Source of the DNA: an uncultured delta proteobacterium
GTDB lineage: Bacteria; Myxococcota; Myxococcia; Myxococcales; Myxococcaceae
Assembly: GCA_963776345.1 (NCBI GenBank)
Contig: CAVZMH010000016.1
Location: 448,001-512,000, forward strand
Direction: 5' to 3'
DNA length: 64,000 nucleotides
Shown here: positions 37,779-51,614 of the stretch, piece after piece
How positions within the stretch are numbered: position 1 is the first letter of the stretch
Layout of the letters: the number at the start of each line of letters is the position of its first letter
Made by a program: the position numbers and the translations under genes
Notes under the pieces: model-generated
Told to the model about the DNA's origin: nothing
Database searches by the model: none
What the model saw: only the letters and a program-made list of their open reading frames with translations

Positions 37779-40526
37779 CTATCCCACCCGGGCCAGGGAG
37801 AGCGTCCCCTCCCACCGCTCCTCCAGCGCCCGGAGCAGGCCCCGGTGCTCGGGACGGGTCAGCCGCGGGTCCGCCGCTGCGATGCCCCGGGCCTCCTCGG
37901 CCGCCACCGCCGACAGGGCCTGGTCCCGGGCGAGGTTGGCCACGCTCAGCTCGGGGAGGCCGCTCTGCCGCGTTCCCAGGAACTCGCCGGGGCCGCGCAG
38001 CTCGAGGTCCTTCTCCGCGATGACGAACCCGTCGGTGCTCTGCTCCAGCACCTCCAGCCGGGCCCGGGCGTCGGGCCCGCCCGCCGGCGATGGCAACAGG
38101 TAACAGAACGAGGCCGCTGCCCCCCGCCCCACCCGGCCCCGGAGCTGGTGCAGCTGCGACAGCCCGAACCGCTCCGCGTTCTGGATGACCATCACCGAGG
38201 CGTTGGCCACGTCCACTCCCACCTCCACCACGGTGGTGCAGACCAGCACGTCCACGCGGGCCGTCCGGAAGGCCTCCATCACCGCGTCCTTCTCCTCCGG
38301 CTTGAGCCGGCCGTGCAGCAGCTGCACCCGCCGGTGCGGCCAGCGCGCCTGCAGCTCCTCCGCGCCCCGCGTCGCGTCGGCCAGGTCGATCTTCTCCGAG
38401 GCCTCGACCAGCGGGTACAGCACGTACGCCTGGCGGCCCTTCCTCAGCTCCAGCTCCACCGCCTCCCACACCTCGGGCTGGCGCGACGGCGTGGCCACGC
38501 GGGTGGTGATGGGTGTCCGTCCCGGGGGCAGCTCGTCCAGCACCGAGAGGTCCAGGTCGCCGTAGAGCGTCATCGCCAGGGTGCGCGGGATGGGCGTCGC
38601 GGTCATCACCAGGACGTCCGGCCGGCGGCCCTTGTGCCCGAGCGCCTGCCGCTGCAGCACCCCGAACCGGTGCTGCTCGTCGATGAGCACCAGGCCCAGC
38701 CGCTGGAAGCCGGTGCCCTCCTGGATGAGCGCCTGCGTGCCCACCGCGATGCGCGCCGCCCCGGACTCCACCGCCTCGCGGGCCCGCCGCTTCTCGCCGC
38801 CCGGACCGCTCCCGGTGACCAGCGTCACCTCCACCCCCGACGGGCCGAACACGCGGGCGAAGGTCGCCCGGTGCTGGGCGGCGAGGATCTCGGTCGGGGC
38901 CATCAGCGCCACCTGCCAGCCGTCCTCCACGGCCAGCGCCGCCGCCACCGCCGCCACCGCCGTCTTCCCCGAGCCCACGTCTCCCTGGAGGAGCCGGTGC
39001 ATCGGCTCGGGGCGGGCCATGTCGCGGCCAATCTCCGCCACCGCACGGGCCTGGGCCCGGGTCAGGGTGAACGGCAGGAGGCCCCGCGCGCGGGTGAGCC
39101 GCTCCCCGTCGACCGTGAAGGCGATCCCCGGCTCGTGCTTCACCCCCTGACGCCGGAGCGCGAGCCCGAGGTGCAGGAGGAACAGCTCGTCGAACGCCAG
39201 CCGGCGGTGCGCGGGACTCCGGTGCTGCTCCAGCGCCACGAGGTCGTCGTCCGGGCCGGGCTGGTGGATGCGCGCCAGCGCCTCGGCAAGAGGCGGGAGC
39301 GCCAGGCGCTCGCGGAGGTCCGCCGGGAGTGGGTCCTCCACCGCGGCGAGGTGGGCCGCGGCGACCCGCGCGACGAGCTCGCGGACCTGCCGCTGCTCGT
39401 GCCGCTCGAACCCCGGGTAGACCGGGACGATGCGGCCGGTGTGGAGCGAGGGACCGGTCCCGGCGTCCGCGGGCTCGACTTCTGGATGGACCATCTCCCG
39501 GCCGCCCGGCGTCGCCCGGAGCTCGCCGGAGACGATGAGGCGCTTCCCCACCGGGACGCGCGACCTCATCCACGGCCCACTCTGGAACCAGGTGAGGGCG
39601 ATGCTCCCGGTGTCGTCGGCCAGCACGGCCTGGAAGCCGCGCTTGCCGGGGCGAATCATCAGCTCGCGCGCCATCCGGACGGTGCCCACGGCGACCCCGC
39701 GCTCCCCGGGCCGGAGCTCCCGGAGCGTCGAGAGCCGGCGGCGGTCCTCGTAGGTCCGGGGCAGCAGGAACAGGAGCTCTCCCACCCGCCGGAGCCCCTT
39801 CTTGCCCAGCGCCTCCACCAGCCTGGGCGGGACCCGGATGCCGGCGCCGCCGATCGGCTGCGAGAGGGGCCCGCGGCTCGGCGCGCCGGCGATCGGACGG
39901 GCCACCTCCTCGGCCTCTGGCTTCGACGGACGAGACCGAGCGGCGCGGCGAGGGCGCCGTTGGGGAGCGGGCTCCTCCAGGAGCGCAGCCTGAGCTCGGG
40001 CGCCCGAGGTCTTCGGCGTGCGCCTCACGCGCGGTGGCCGGGGAGACTCCGCCGGGGCCTGCCCGCGAGCCCTCTCGCTCGCGCCGGCCGCTGCTCCCCG
40101 CTGCTCGGGTCGAGCCACGACCTGGGGGACGGGACCGAGCCCCGGCGCGGCGGAGACGTGCGCCGGCGAGGCGCTCCCTCCAGGCGGTCGCGCGTCGGCT
40201 CTCCGGGCCGGCGGGGAGACCTCCGGAGCGCCTCCTGGCACCGCCCGGGGCGCTGGCGGGAACGAGGACGCCTCCCCGGCATCGCGCACCCGCGGCGCCA
40301 GAGCGCGCAGGGCCGCCTGCTGGGACTCGGGGCCCTCGTGCTCGAGCGCCCGAGCCAGTCGCTCCAGCAGCCGCACGTCGTCCCCCGACCGCGCCGCCCG
40401 CGCCCCCTCGAGCGACGCCCGGACCAGCGCGTCCAGCCCCTTCACCGTCGACAGGCGCTGAAAGTCGCTCAGCGCGAGGAAGCGCAGCGGGGCGACCAGC
40501 GGCTGGAGGTAAGACGCGGAGGGCAT
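37779..40526 (-). CDS. recG: ATP-dependent DNA helicase RecG with N-terminal extension
   Basis: QGDVGSGKT, DEQHRFG, MTATPIPRTL, HQLRGRVGRG and RGPGEFLGTRQSG. Confidence 0.96.
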   Translation of the reverse strand: MPSASYLQPLVAPLRFLALSDFQRLSTVKGLDALVRASLEGARAARSGDDVRLLERLARALEHEGPESQQAALRALAPRVRDAGEASSFPPAPRAVPGGAPEVSPPARRADARPPGGSASPAHVSAAPGLGPVPQVVARPEQRGAAAGASERARGQAPAESPRPPRVRRTPKTSGARAQAALLEEPAPQRRPRRAARSRPSKPEAEEVARPIAGAPSRGPLSQPIGGAGIRVPPRLVEALGKKGLRRVGELLFLLPRTYEDRRRLSTLRELRPGERGVAVGTVRMARELMIRPGKRGFQAVLADDTGSIALTWFQSGPWMRSRVPVGKRLIVSGELRATPGGREMVHPEVEPADAGTGPSLHTGRIVPVYPGFERHEQRQVRELVARVAAAHLAAVEDPLPADLRERLALPPLAEALARIHQPGPDDDLVALEQHRSPAHRRLAFDELFLLHLGLALRRQGVKHEPGIAFTVDGERLTRARGLLPFTLTRAQARAVAEIGRDMARPEPMHRLLQGDVGSGKTAVAAVAAALAVEDGWQVALMAPTEILAAQHRATFARVFGPSGVEVTLVTGSGPGGEKRRAREAVESGAARIAVGTQALIQEGTGFQRLGLVLIDEQHRFGVLQRQALGHKGRRPDVLVMTATPIPRTLAMTLYGDLDLSVLDELPPGRTPITTRVATPSRQPEVWEAVELELRKGRQAYVLYPLVEASEKIDLADATRGAEELQARWPHRRVQLLHGRLKPEEKDAVMEAFRTARVDVLVCTTVVEVGVDVANASVMVIQNAERFGLSQLHQLRGRVGRGAAASFCYLLPSPAGGPDARARLEVLEQSTDGFVIAEKDLELRGPGEFLGTRQSGLPELSVANLARDQALSAVAAEEARGIAAADPRLTRPEHRGLLRALEERWEGTLSLARVG

Positions 40527-40569
40527 CGGCAGGAACGGGGCGACCAGCCTACTCCCCGGGTCCCCCGCC

Positions 40570-41064
40570 CTATTCTTCGGTCTCGAACTCCGCGAATAGG
40601 ACCTCGACCACCTCGTACTCGCGTGGGCCGCCCGGGCTCTGCACGGTCGCCAGGTCGCCCACCACCTTCCCGATCAGCCCGCGGGCCAGCGGCGAGGTCA
40701 CCGAGACCAGCCGGCGCTTGATGTCCGCCTCGAGCTCGCCGACCAGGGTGTACGTCACTTCCCGATCGCTCTCGACGTCCAGCAGCCTCACCGTCGCCCC
40801 GAAGACGACCTTGTCGCCCGAGAGCTTCGAGACATCGATCACCTCGGCCCGGGCGATCCAGTCGTTCAGGTCGAGGATGCGGCCCTCGATGTGCGACTGC
40901 TTCTCCTTGGCCGCGTGGTACTCGGCGTTCTCCCGGAGGTCGCCGTGCGCACGGGCGACCTCGATCTCCTTCGAGATCTTGCCCCGCTCCACTGTCTGGA
41001 GCTGCTTCAGCTCCTCCTTGAGGCGCCGGAGGCCGGAGGCGGTGATCGGAATACGGCCGCTCAT
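40570..41064 (-). CDS. greA: Transcription elongation factor GreA
   Basis: AHGDLRENAEYHAAKE and SPLARGLIG. Confidence 0.96.
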   Translation of the reverse strand: MSGRIPITASGLRRLKEELKQLQTVERGKISKEIEVARAHGDLRENAEYHAAKEKQSHIEGRILDLNDWIARAEVIDVSKLSGDKVVFGATVRLLDVESDREVTYTLVGELEADIKRRLVSVTSPLARGLIGKVVGDLATVQSPGGPREYEVVEVLFAEFETEE

Positions 41065-41093
41065 ACAGGGCGGCGGACGCTAACCAGCCAGGG

Positions 41094-44324
<3,231 letters not shown>

Positions 44325-44408
44325 CGGAGGCGTCCCTGTAACACGTCCGACAGACGGATCCACCGCCCCCTCCCGGTCGCTCGGCCGTGAGCTCCGGACG
44401 GCTTCGAC

Positions 44409-45605
44409 TCAGGTCAGCGCGGCAGCAAAGTCTCGCAGCCGCTGGAGTCCCTTCTCCAGGGTCGCTCGCGACGCTGCGAAGGAGAACCGGAGGTGGCCGG
44501 GCGCCCCGAACGGCTCGCCGGGCACGGCGGCGACCAGGAGATCTTCGAGCAGCCGCTCGGAGATGTCGTGGGCCGAGCCGAGCGTCTTCCCCTTCCAGCT
44601 CTTCCCCACCCAGGCGCTCACGTCCGGGAAGGCATAGAAGGCGCCCTCCGGCTTCACGCAGCGGACGCCGGGAATCTGGCTCAACCCCGCGAACAAGAGA
44701 TCTCGCCGCTGATGGAACTCCCGGACCATCGCCTGGATGGGCTCCTGCGGCCCGGTGAGCGCGGCCACCGCGGCCCGCTGGGTGATGCTGTTCACGTTGG
44801 ACGTGGCCTGGTCCTGGACGAGCTGCATTCCGGTGATGAGCGCCTTCGGCCCCGCGGCGTAGCCCATCCGCCAGCCGGTCATGGCGTAGGCCTTGCTCAT
44901 CCCGTTCACCACCAGGGTCCGGGTCCGCAGCGCCGGTGCGACGTTGGCGATGTTGACGAAGGGCTGCCCCGTGTACAGCAGCCGCTCGTAGATGTCGTCG
45001 GTGATGACCAGGATGTCCGGGTGGACCGCCATCACCGTGGCGAGCTCGAGGAGGTTCTCCTTGGGGAGAACCGCCCCGGTCGGGTTGCCCGGGCTGTTGA
45101 AGATGACCGCCCGGGTCCGAGGGGTGATGGCCCGCGCCAGCGCCTCGGGATCCGGACGGAAGCCGTCCTCCACTCGCGTGGGCACGACGACCGGCCGCCC
45201 GCCGGCCAGGAGCACCTGCTCCGGGTAGCTCACCCAGTACGGCGCGAACATGACGACCTCGTCGCCGTCCGAGACCAGCGCCTGGAAGCAGTTGTAGAGC
45301 GCCTGCTTCCCGCCGTTGGTGACGATGACCTGGTCGGCCGCGAAGTCGAGCTGGTTCTCCTCCTTCAGCTTCCGGACGATGGCCGCGCGGAGCTCGGGGA
45401 TGCCCGTGGTCGCCGTGTACTTGGTGAAGCCCTCGCGCAAGGCCTGGATCGCGGCCTCCTTGATGTGCTCGGGCGTGTCGAAGTCCGGCTCCCCCGCCGA
45501 CAGACCGGCGACGTCCTTCCCCGCGGCGGCGAGGGCCTTGGCCCGCGCGTTCAGGGCCAGGGTGGGCGACGGCTGGATCTCGGCGAGGCGGCGGGCAAGC
45601 TTCAT
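44409..45605 (-). CDS. Class I PLP-dependent (aspartate) aminotransferase
   Basis: GEPDF, NSPGNPTG, DDIY and SKAYAMTGWRMG. Confidence 0.93.
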   Translation of the reverse strand: MKLARRLAEIQPSPTLALNARAKALAAAGKDVAGLSAGEPDFDTPEHIKEAAIQALREGFTKYTATTGIPELRAAIVRKLKEENQLDFAADQVIVTNGGKQALYNCFQALVSDGDEVVMFAPYWVSYPEQVLLAGGRPVVVPTRVEDGFRPDPEALARAITPRTRAVIFNSPGNPTGAVLPKENLLELATVMAVHPDILVITDDIYERLLYTGQPFVNIANVAPALRTRTLVVNGMSKAYAMTGWRMGYAAGPKALITGMQLVQDQATSNVNSITQRAAVAALTGPQEPIQAMVREFHQRRDLLFAGLSQIPGVRCVKPEGAFYAFPDVSAWVGKSWKGKTLGSAHDISERLLEDLLVAAVPGEPFGAPGHLRFSFAASRATLEKGLQRLRDFAAALT

Positions 45606-45760
45606 GAGTCCACTGGTACCAGTCCGGGCCGACGCGGCTCAAGAGGCAGGGCGCGACGTGCCCGCCCCGGGGCCCTGGTCGGCGCTCACCGCTGGCGCGC
45701 CCCTTCCCTGCCCGTGCTGTGATGCTGGCCGCGGAGCCCACCCGTGACGGGGGAACCACC

Positions 45761-46114
45761 ATGTCCCAGCTTGCCGACGCCCTCTTCGCCCTGTCCCCCA
45801 AGGTCCGGTACGTCGCCCTCCTCCGCGGGCGGGACCTGACGCTCCGGGAGAGGCCCGGGCTCTCCGGGGCGAGCGCATCCGAGACCGACCGCTACGAAGA
45901 GCTGCTGGTCAATCCGGCCGTCCTCACGCTGCTCCAGCGGCGGGGGGAGCTGGATTGCGGGGGCCTCGACCAGGTGTGGATTCGCTACGGGAACTTCTGG
46001 ACCGGCCTCTTCCCGCTCGAGGACGGGCACCTCAACGTCGGGCTCGAACCGGACGCCGTCCCCACCGACCTCGTTCCGCGGATTCGAGCCGAGCTGGCGA
46101 GGCTCGGCAGCTGA
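45761..46114 (+). CDS. Hypothetical small alpha/beta protein
   Basis: ATG 45761; protein-like composition; fills the gap between flanking genes. A roadblock/profilin-like fold is a guess. Confidence 0.6.
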   Translation: MSQLADALFALSPKVRYVALLRGRDLTLRERPGLSGASASETDRYEELLVNPAVLTLLQRRGELDCGGLDQVWIRYGNFWTGLFPLEDGHLNVGLEPDAVPTDLVPRIRAELARLGS

Positions 46115-46150
46115 CTCACGGGTACCGGAGGGCCGCGGCGAGCGCGACGG

Positions 46151-46639
46151 TCACCCGCCGTTCTTCGGCGGGAACTTCTCCTGGAGCGCCCGGAACACGT
46201 TGGGGGGCACCAGCGCCGCCACGTCTCCGCCGAGCGAGGCCACCTCACGCACCAGCTGCGACGAGATGTAGAAGCTGTCCTGCCCGGTCATCATGAACAC
46301 CGTCTCGAACTCCGGGTCCAGCTTCCGGTTCATGTTGGCCAGCTGGAACTCGTACTCGAAGTCGGACACCGCGCGCAGACCGCGCAGGATGAGGTGGACG
46401 CCCTTCCGCCGCGTGTAGTGGACGAGCAGGCCCTGGAACGCGTCCACCTCCACCCGCGGGTCGGGGAAGGCCTCGCGGATGAGCTGCTTGCGCTCCTCCA
46501 CGGTGAACATGGCCTGCTTCCGTGGGTTGTTCAGCACGGCGACGATCAGCCGGTCGAACATGGTGAGGCCGCGGTGGATGATGCTCAGGTGCCCGTTGGT
46601 CAGCGGGTCGAAGGAGCCGGGGTAGATGGCGATGGCCAC
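46151..46639 (-). CDS. coaD: Pantetheine-phosphate adenylyltransferase
   Basis: [24 protein letters not shown] and ISSQLVRE. Confidence 0.96.
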   Translation of the reverse strand: MAIAIYPGSFDPLTNGHLSIIHRGLTMFDRLIVAVLNNPRKQAMFTVEERKQLIREAFPDPRVEVDAFQGLLVHYTRRKGVHLILRGLRAVSDFEYEFQLANMNRKLDPEFETVFMMTGQDSFYISSQLVREVASLGGDVAALVPPNVFRALQEKFPPKNGG

Positions 46640-46675
46640 GCGGGCCTCGAGCATCTTCGCTCAGTCGCCGGACCG

Positions 46676-47236
46676 TCAAGGAGCCGTTGCCCACCGGTAC
46701 AGGCTCACCGCCGTGTCCCCGAACCGGCGCGAGTCCACCCGCTCCAGACCGGCCAGCAGGTCGGGCGCGGCCTCCCGCCGGCCGTGCTCCACCACCAGCG
46801 TGCCTCCCTCGGCGAGGAGCCGCCCCTCCCCCACCCCGCGCACCACCTCCGCCACGGCCTCCTCGGCGTACGGCGGGTCGGCGAACACCAGCGAGAAGCG
46901 CCGGCCCTCGGCGGCCAGCCGCAGGAGCGCCCTCGCCACCGGCATCCGGAGCAGCTCGATCGAGCGCTCCATCCCCAGCGCGCGGGCGTTCTCGGCCACC
47001 AGCCGCGCCGACTCGGCGCCCTGGTCCACGAGCACCGCCCGGCTCACCCCTCGGGAGAGCGCCTCGAAGGCCAGCGCTCCCGTCCCCGCGTAGAGGTCCA
47101 GGACCTCCCCGCCCTCGAAGAACTGCCCGAGCAGGTTGAACAGCGACTCGCGCACCCGGTCCGCGGTGGGCCGGAGCCCGGGGCCCTTCGGCCCGGCCAG
47201 CGGACGCCCCCGGTGCGTGCCGGCGACGATGCGCAC
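46676..47236 (-). CDS. rsmD: 16S rRNA m2G966 methyltransferase
   Basis: MRIVAG, RPTADRVRESLFN, LDLYAGTG and DPPY. Confidence 0.94.
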   Translation of the reverse strand: MRIVAGTHRGRPLAGPKGPGLRPTADRVRESLFNLLGQFFEGGEVLDLYAGTGALAFEALSRGVSRAVLVDQGAESARLVAENARALGMERSIELLRMPVARALLRLAAEGRRFSLVFADPPYAEEAVAEVVRGVGEGRLLAEGGTLVVEHGRREAAPDLLAGLERVDSRRFGDTAVSLYRWATAP

Positions 47237-47249
47237 AGCGCGCCGGTGG

Positions 47250-48200
47250 CTACCCGGCTCCCGAGCCGGCGTACCCCTGACTCTCGATCTGCAGGGTGCT
47301 GTGGTCGATGCCGAAGCGCTCCACCAGCGCCCGCTTGGCGGCCGCCAGGATGGTGTCGTTCTCGCAGGCGGTTGGCTCGTCCACCACCAGGTGCGCCGAG
47401 AGCGCCACCATCCCGCTGCCCACGGTCCAGATGTGGAGATCGTGCACCGCCGTCACCCGGGGAATGGCCTCCAGCGCCTTCCCCACCCCCTCCACGTCCA
47501 CGTGCGGCGGCACGGTCTCCAGCAGAACGTCCACCGCCTCGCGGAGCACCCGCCACCCGCCCACCACCACCACCACCGAGATGCCGATGGAGATGGCCGG
47601 ATCCACCCAGGTCCAGCCGGTGAAGGCCATCACCCCGGCGCCCACCAGCACGCCGACGCTGGAGAGCGCGTCCCCGAGCACGTGCAGGAACGCCGACCGC
47701 GTGTTCAGCGAGTGCCCCGAGTGCAGGAACCCCATCGCCAGGAGGTTGGCCCCCAGGCCGATGGCCGCCACCAGCGCCATGGGGCCGAGGTGCACCGCGC
47801 TCGGATGCTTCAGCCGGGCGAGCGCCTCGACGACGATGAAGACGGTGATGGCCAGGAGCAGCACCCCGTTCACCAGCGCGCTCAGGATCTCCAGCCGCAC
47901 GTACCCGTAGGTCCGCTTGCGGTTGGCGGGACGACCGGCGAACCAGGCCGCCAGCAGCGCCAGCCCGAGCGCCGAGACGTCGGTCCACATGTGCCCCGCG
48001 TCCGAGAGCAGGGCCAGCGAGTGGGTGAGCCAGCCCCCGACCGCCTCCACCACCGCGATCAGGCAGGTGAGGAGCAGCGCCGCGGTCATCCGCCGGGCGT
48101 CGCGCGAGCGCCCCGCGTCGGCGCTCCGGAGGCCCGGGCTGTCGCAGGGCGGGGCGTGATCGGAGAGGGACGCCGGTGGATGCGGATGGACGTGGGTCAC
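47250..48200 (-). CDS. Cation diffusion facilitator (CzcD/ZitB-type) metal exporter
   Basis: SLALLSDAGH, LHVLGD and HDLHIW motifs; six TM helices. Confidence 0.93.
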   Translation of the reverse strand: MTHVHPHPPASLSDHAPPCDSPGLRSADAGRSRDARRMTAALLLTCLIAVVEAVGGWLTHSLALLSDAGHMWTDVSALGLALLAAWFAGRPANRKRTYGYVRLEILSALVNGVLLLAITVFIVVEALARLKHPSAVHLGPMALVAAIGLGANLLAMGFLHSGHSLNTRSAFLHVLGDALSSVGVLVGAGVMAFTGWTWVDPAISIGISVVVVVGGWRVLREAVDVLLETVPPHVDVEGVGKALEAIPRVTAVHDLHIWTVGSGMVALSAHLVVDEPTACENDTILAAAKRALVERFGIDHSTLQIESQGYAGSGAG

Positions 48201-48238
48201 GTGGGAGTGCTCGGAGCTCCTGGTTACACTACGGCCCG

Positions 48239-49156
48239 GTGAGTCGCGATGCCATGCCCTCGCCGCCCTCCCGGGGCGCGCCCAGGACCTTCCGTGTCGC
48301 GCGACCGGATGGCGCGGAGATCCATGTGGAGATCGAGGGTCGCGGCAGCCCCGCGGTGGTCCTCTGCGACGGCCTGGCCTGCGACGGGTTCGCCTGGAAG
48401 TACCTCCGGCCAGTCCTCGCGGAGCACCACCGGGTCATCCACTGGCACTACCGCGGACACGGCCAGTCGCCGCTCCCGCCGCCGGGCGTCGCCCCGTCCA
48501 TCCCCCAGTTCGCCGACGACCTCGCGGCCGTGCTCGACGCGGCGCGCGTCCGGAGCGCGGTCATCGTGGGGCACAGCATGGGCGTGCAGCTGGCGCTCGA
48601 GTTCCACCGGCTGCACCCGGCGCGGACGAGCGGCCTGGTGCTCGTCTCCGGCAGCCCCGGCCACCCGCTCGACACCTTCCACGACACCACCCTGCTCCGC
48701 CGCGCGCTGCCCTCGCTCCGGAGGGGCGCCGAGCGCTTCCCCCGGGTAGCGGCCGTGCTCACCCGGGTGGGCGTCCGCAGCGGGCTGGCGATGGAGGTGG
48801 CGATGTCGGTCGAGGTCAACGCGAGCCTCCTCCGCCGGAGCGACCTCCAGCCCTACTTCGAGCACGTGGAGCAGATGGACCCCCGCTACTTCCTCCGGGC
48901 GATGCAGGCCGCCGCCGAGCACGGCGCCGAGGACCACCTCCCGGTGGTCGACGTGCCCACCCTCGTCGTCGCCGGGGATCGCGACCGCTTCACGCCCACC
49001 TGGCTCTCGCGCCGGATGGCCCTGGAGATTCCGTCTGCCGAGCTGTTCCTGGTTCGAGGTGGGAGCCACACCGCGCTTCTGGAACGACCGGAGGAAGTGA
49101 ACCGCGCTGTGCTCGACTTCCTCCACCGCCGCGTCCCGCCGCGGCGGCGCGCTTGA
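48239..49156 (+). CDS. Alpha/beta hydrolase
   Basis: YRGHGQS, GHSMG nucleophile elbow, GDRD and GSH. Start GTG 48239 or ATG 48254. Confidence 0.9.
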   Translation: MSRDAMPSPPSRGAPRTFRVARPDGAEIHVEIEGRGSPAVVLCDGLACDGFAWKYLRPVLAEHHRVIHWHYRGHGQSPLPPPGVAPSIPQFADDLAAVLDAARVRSAVIVGHSMGVQLALEFHRLHPARTSGLVLVSGSPGHPLDTFHDTTLLRRALPSLRRGAERFPRVAAVLTRVGVRSGLAMEVAMSVEVNASLLRRSDLQPYFEHVEQMDPRYFLRAMQAAAEHGAEDHLPVVDVPTLVVAGDRDRFTPTWLSRRMALEIPSAELFLVRGGSHTALLERPEEVNRAVLDFLHRRVPPRRRA

Positions 49157-49213
49157 CCCCCGACGGCGGCGGCGGTCACGCTTCGAGGTGACGAGGCTCG
49201 CCGCCGCGCCCTC

Positions 49214-51466
49214 TTGAGCGACGACACCACCACCCTTCATCCCATCCCCACCACCCAGCCGCAGCCGGTGACGGCGTGGCTGGTGGTGACCGCCGCCTCC
49301 ACGCCGGGGACGGTGGGGCGCTCCTTCAAGATCAGCAGCGAGGAGTCCATCGTCGGCCGCAGCCCCGACTCCCAGGTCCGGCTGATGGAGGAGGGCGTCT
49401 CCCGTCGGCACGCCAGGATCGTCCGCTCGCCCGAGGGGAAGTTCGAGCTCACCGACCTCGGCTCGACCAACGGCACCTACCTCAACGGGACCCGGCTCGC
49501 CGACCCCGGGCGGCTGGACGAGGGCGACCGGGTCCAGCTCGGGGGGCAGTGCATCCTCCGCTTTTCCTTCAAGGAGAGCTCGGACGGCGACGAGAACCTC
49601 CGCGAGGCGCTTGCCGCCGCGCAGGTCGCCACCTTCAGCCTGGATCTCCGCAACCGGATCATCGGCTGGAACGAGACCGTGGAGCGGGTGGTGGGCGCGC
49701 CGGCGGGCACCCTCTCCCGCACCGCGCTCCCGATGATGGATTTCGTCCACGCCGACGACCACGACCGGGTCCGCGGCGCGGTGGACACCGCAGTTCAGGG
49801 CCGCCGGCAATTCGACGCCGAGTTCCGCTTCATCCGCCCCGGCGCCGAGGGCTCGCTCTGGGTCGCGGCCAAGGGCAACGTGATGCGCGACGCGGACGAC
49901 ACGCCGCTGCGCATCGTCGGCACGCTGATGGATGTCAGCGCCCGGAAGCAGACCGAGCAGGAGCTCCGGCGCGAGGCGCTGCTCTTCGAGAGCCTGAACG
50001 ACGGCGTCATCTTCCTAGACCTGCAGGGGAGCGTCGTCGACTGGAACAGCTCCGCCGAGCGGCTCTTCGGCTACTCCAAGGGCGAGGTCCTCGGGCGCGC
50101 CTGGTCGGACGTGCTGAAGCTGTCCGAGAACAACCTCCAGGCCACGGTGCTCGCCGCGCTCAGGCGCTACGGCCGCTGGAGCCGCGAGGTGGTGGCGCTG
50201 CGGAAGGACGGCTCGGAGACCTTCTGCGAGGTGACGGTGGTGCCCCTGCGCGACGCGGACGGCCGGCACATCGCCACCATCGCGGTGCACCGGGACATCG
50301 GCGAGCGCCGGGCGATGCAGGCCCAGCTCCTCGTCGCCAGCCGCCTGGCCTCGGTGGGCACCCTGGCCGCGGGCGTGGCGCACGAGATCAACAACCCCCT
50401 GGCCTTCGTCAACGCCAACGTCCTCTACCTGGCCGACGAGCTGGAGCGCTTGCGCGCCACGCTCGGGCCCGCCACCGACGAGATCCTCCAGCTGGTCGCC
50501 GAGACCCGGCAGGGCGTGGAGCGAATCGGCCTCATCGTCCGCGACCTCAAGGCGTTCAGCCGGGTCGACTCCGAGGACGTCTCGGCCGTGGTGGACGTCC
50601 GCAAGGTGCTCGCCTTCGCCGAGAAGATGGCGGGCAAGGAGATGCGGCAGCGCGCGCGGGTGCTTCGCGACGTCCAGCCCGTGCCGATGGTGAAGGCCAA
50701 CGAGTCCCGGCTCGGGCAGGTGTTTCTGAACCTCCTGCTCAACGCCGCCCAGGCCATCCCCGACGGGGCCACCGCGGAGAACGAGATCCGGATCCGCACC
50801 CGCACCGACGGCCTCGGACGCGCGGTGGTCGAGGTGTCCGACACCGGCCGGGGGATCCCCGAGGAGATCCGGGCCCGGGTGTTCGACCCGTTCTTCACCA
50901 CCAAGCCCCTGGGCGAGGGCACGGGGCTCGGGCTGTCCATCTGCCTGGGCATCGTGCGGTCGCTCGGCGGGGAGATCCTCCTCGAGTCAGAGGTGGGCAA
51001 GGGCAGCACCTTCCGGGTCGCGCTCCCGGCGCACCAGCCCGAGCGCTCCACCGCCGCCTTCCCCGCGCCCGAGCTGCCGCCGCCCACACGGGTGAAGCTC
51101 CTGGTGGTCGACGACGAGCCCTACATCTGCACCGCCATCCAGCGGCTCCTCCGCCGCGAGCACCGGGTGACGGCGCTCACCACGGTGCGCGAGGCGCTGG
51201 CCCTGCTCGAGGGCGGCGAGCGGTTCGACGTCATCCTCTCGGATCTCATGATGCCGGAGCAGAACGGCGAGGACTTCTACAAGGAGCTGAAGCGGGTGGC
51301 GCCGGACCAGGCCCGGCGGATGATCTTCATGACCGGGGGGGCGTTCACCCCCCGGAGCGAGGAGTTCCTCCGCAGCTCGCCGGTGCCCCAGGTCGCCAAG
51401 CCCATCAGCCTGGAGATGCTCCAGGGGGCGATCCGCCAGGTCTTCGAGTCGGCAGCGCGCAACTGA
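49214..51466 (+). CDS. FHA-PAS-PAS hybrid histidine kinase with receiver (EspA-like architecture)
   Basis: FHA ([17 protein letters not shown]), two PAS domains, [11 protein letters not shown] boxes and receiver (VVDDE, SDLMMP, KP). Confidence 0.92.
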   Translation: MSDDTTTLHPIPTTQPQPVTAWLVVTAASTPGTVGRSFKISSEESIVGRSPDSQVRLMEEGVSRRHARIVRSPEGKFELTDLGSTNGTYLNGTRLADPGRLDEGDRVQLGGQCILRFSFKESSDGDENLREALAAAQVATFSLDLRNRIIGWNETVERVVGAPAGTLSRTALPMMDFVHADDHDRVRGAVDTAVQGRRQFDAEFRFIRPGAEGSLWVAAKGNVMRDADDTPLRIVGTLMDVSARKQTEQELRREALLFESLNDGVIFLDLQGSVVDWNSSAERLFGYSKGEVLGRAWSDVLKLSENNLQATVLAALRRYGRWSREVVALRKDGSETFCEVTVVPLRDADGRHIATIAVHRDIGERRAMQAQLLVASRLASVGTLAAGVAHEINNPLAFVNANVLYLADELERLRATLGPATDEILQLVAETRQGVERIGLIVRDLKAFSRVDSEDVSAVVDVRKVLAFAEKMAGKEMRQRARVLRDVQPVPMVKANESRLGQVFLNLLLNAAQAIPDGATAENEIRIRTRTDGLGRAVVEVSDTGRGIPEEIRARVFDPFFTTKPLGEGTGLGLSICLGIVRSLGGEILLESEVGKGSTFRVALPAHQPERSTAAFPAPELPPPTRVKLLVVDDEPYICTAIQRLLRREHRVTALTTVREALALLEGGERFDVILSDLMMPEQNGEDFYKELKRVAPDQARRMIFMTGGAFTPRSEEFLRSSPVPQVAKPISLEMLQGAIRQVFESAARN

Positions 51467-51614
51467 ACCGCGACGCGCGCGGGCGCCCATCCGCCGCTCC
51501 ACGAGCCTCCCCCGGGGTGCGGGGGACCGGGTGCGGCGCGCACACGAGGTTGCGGACCTGCAAGGGCACACGCTATGAGCACGCCGCGCCGTGGCTCCGC
51601 CCGGCCGACCCTTC

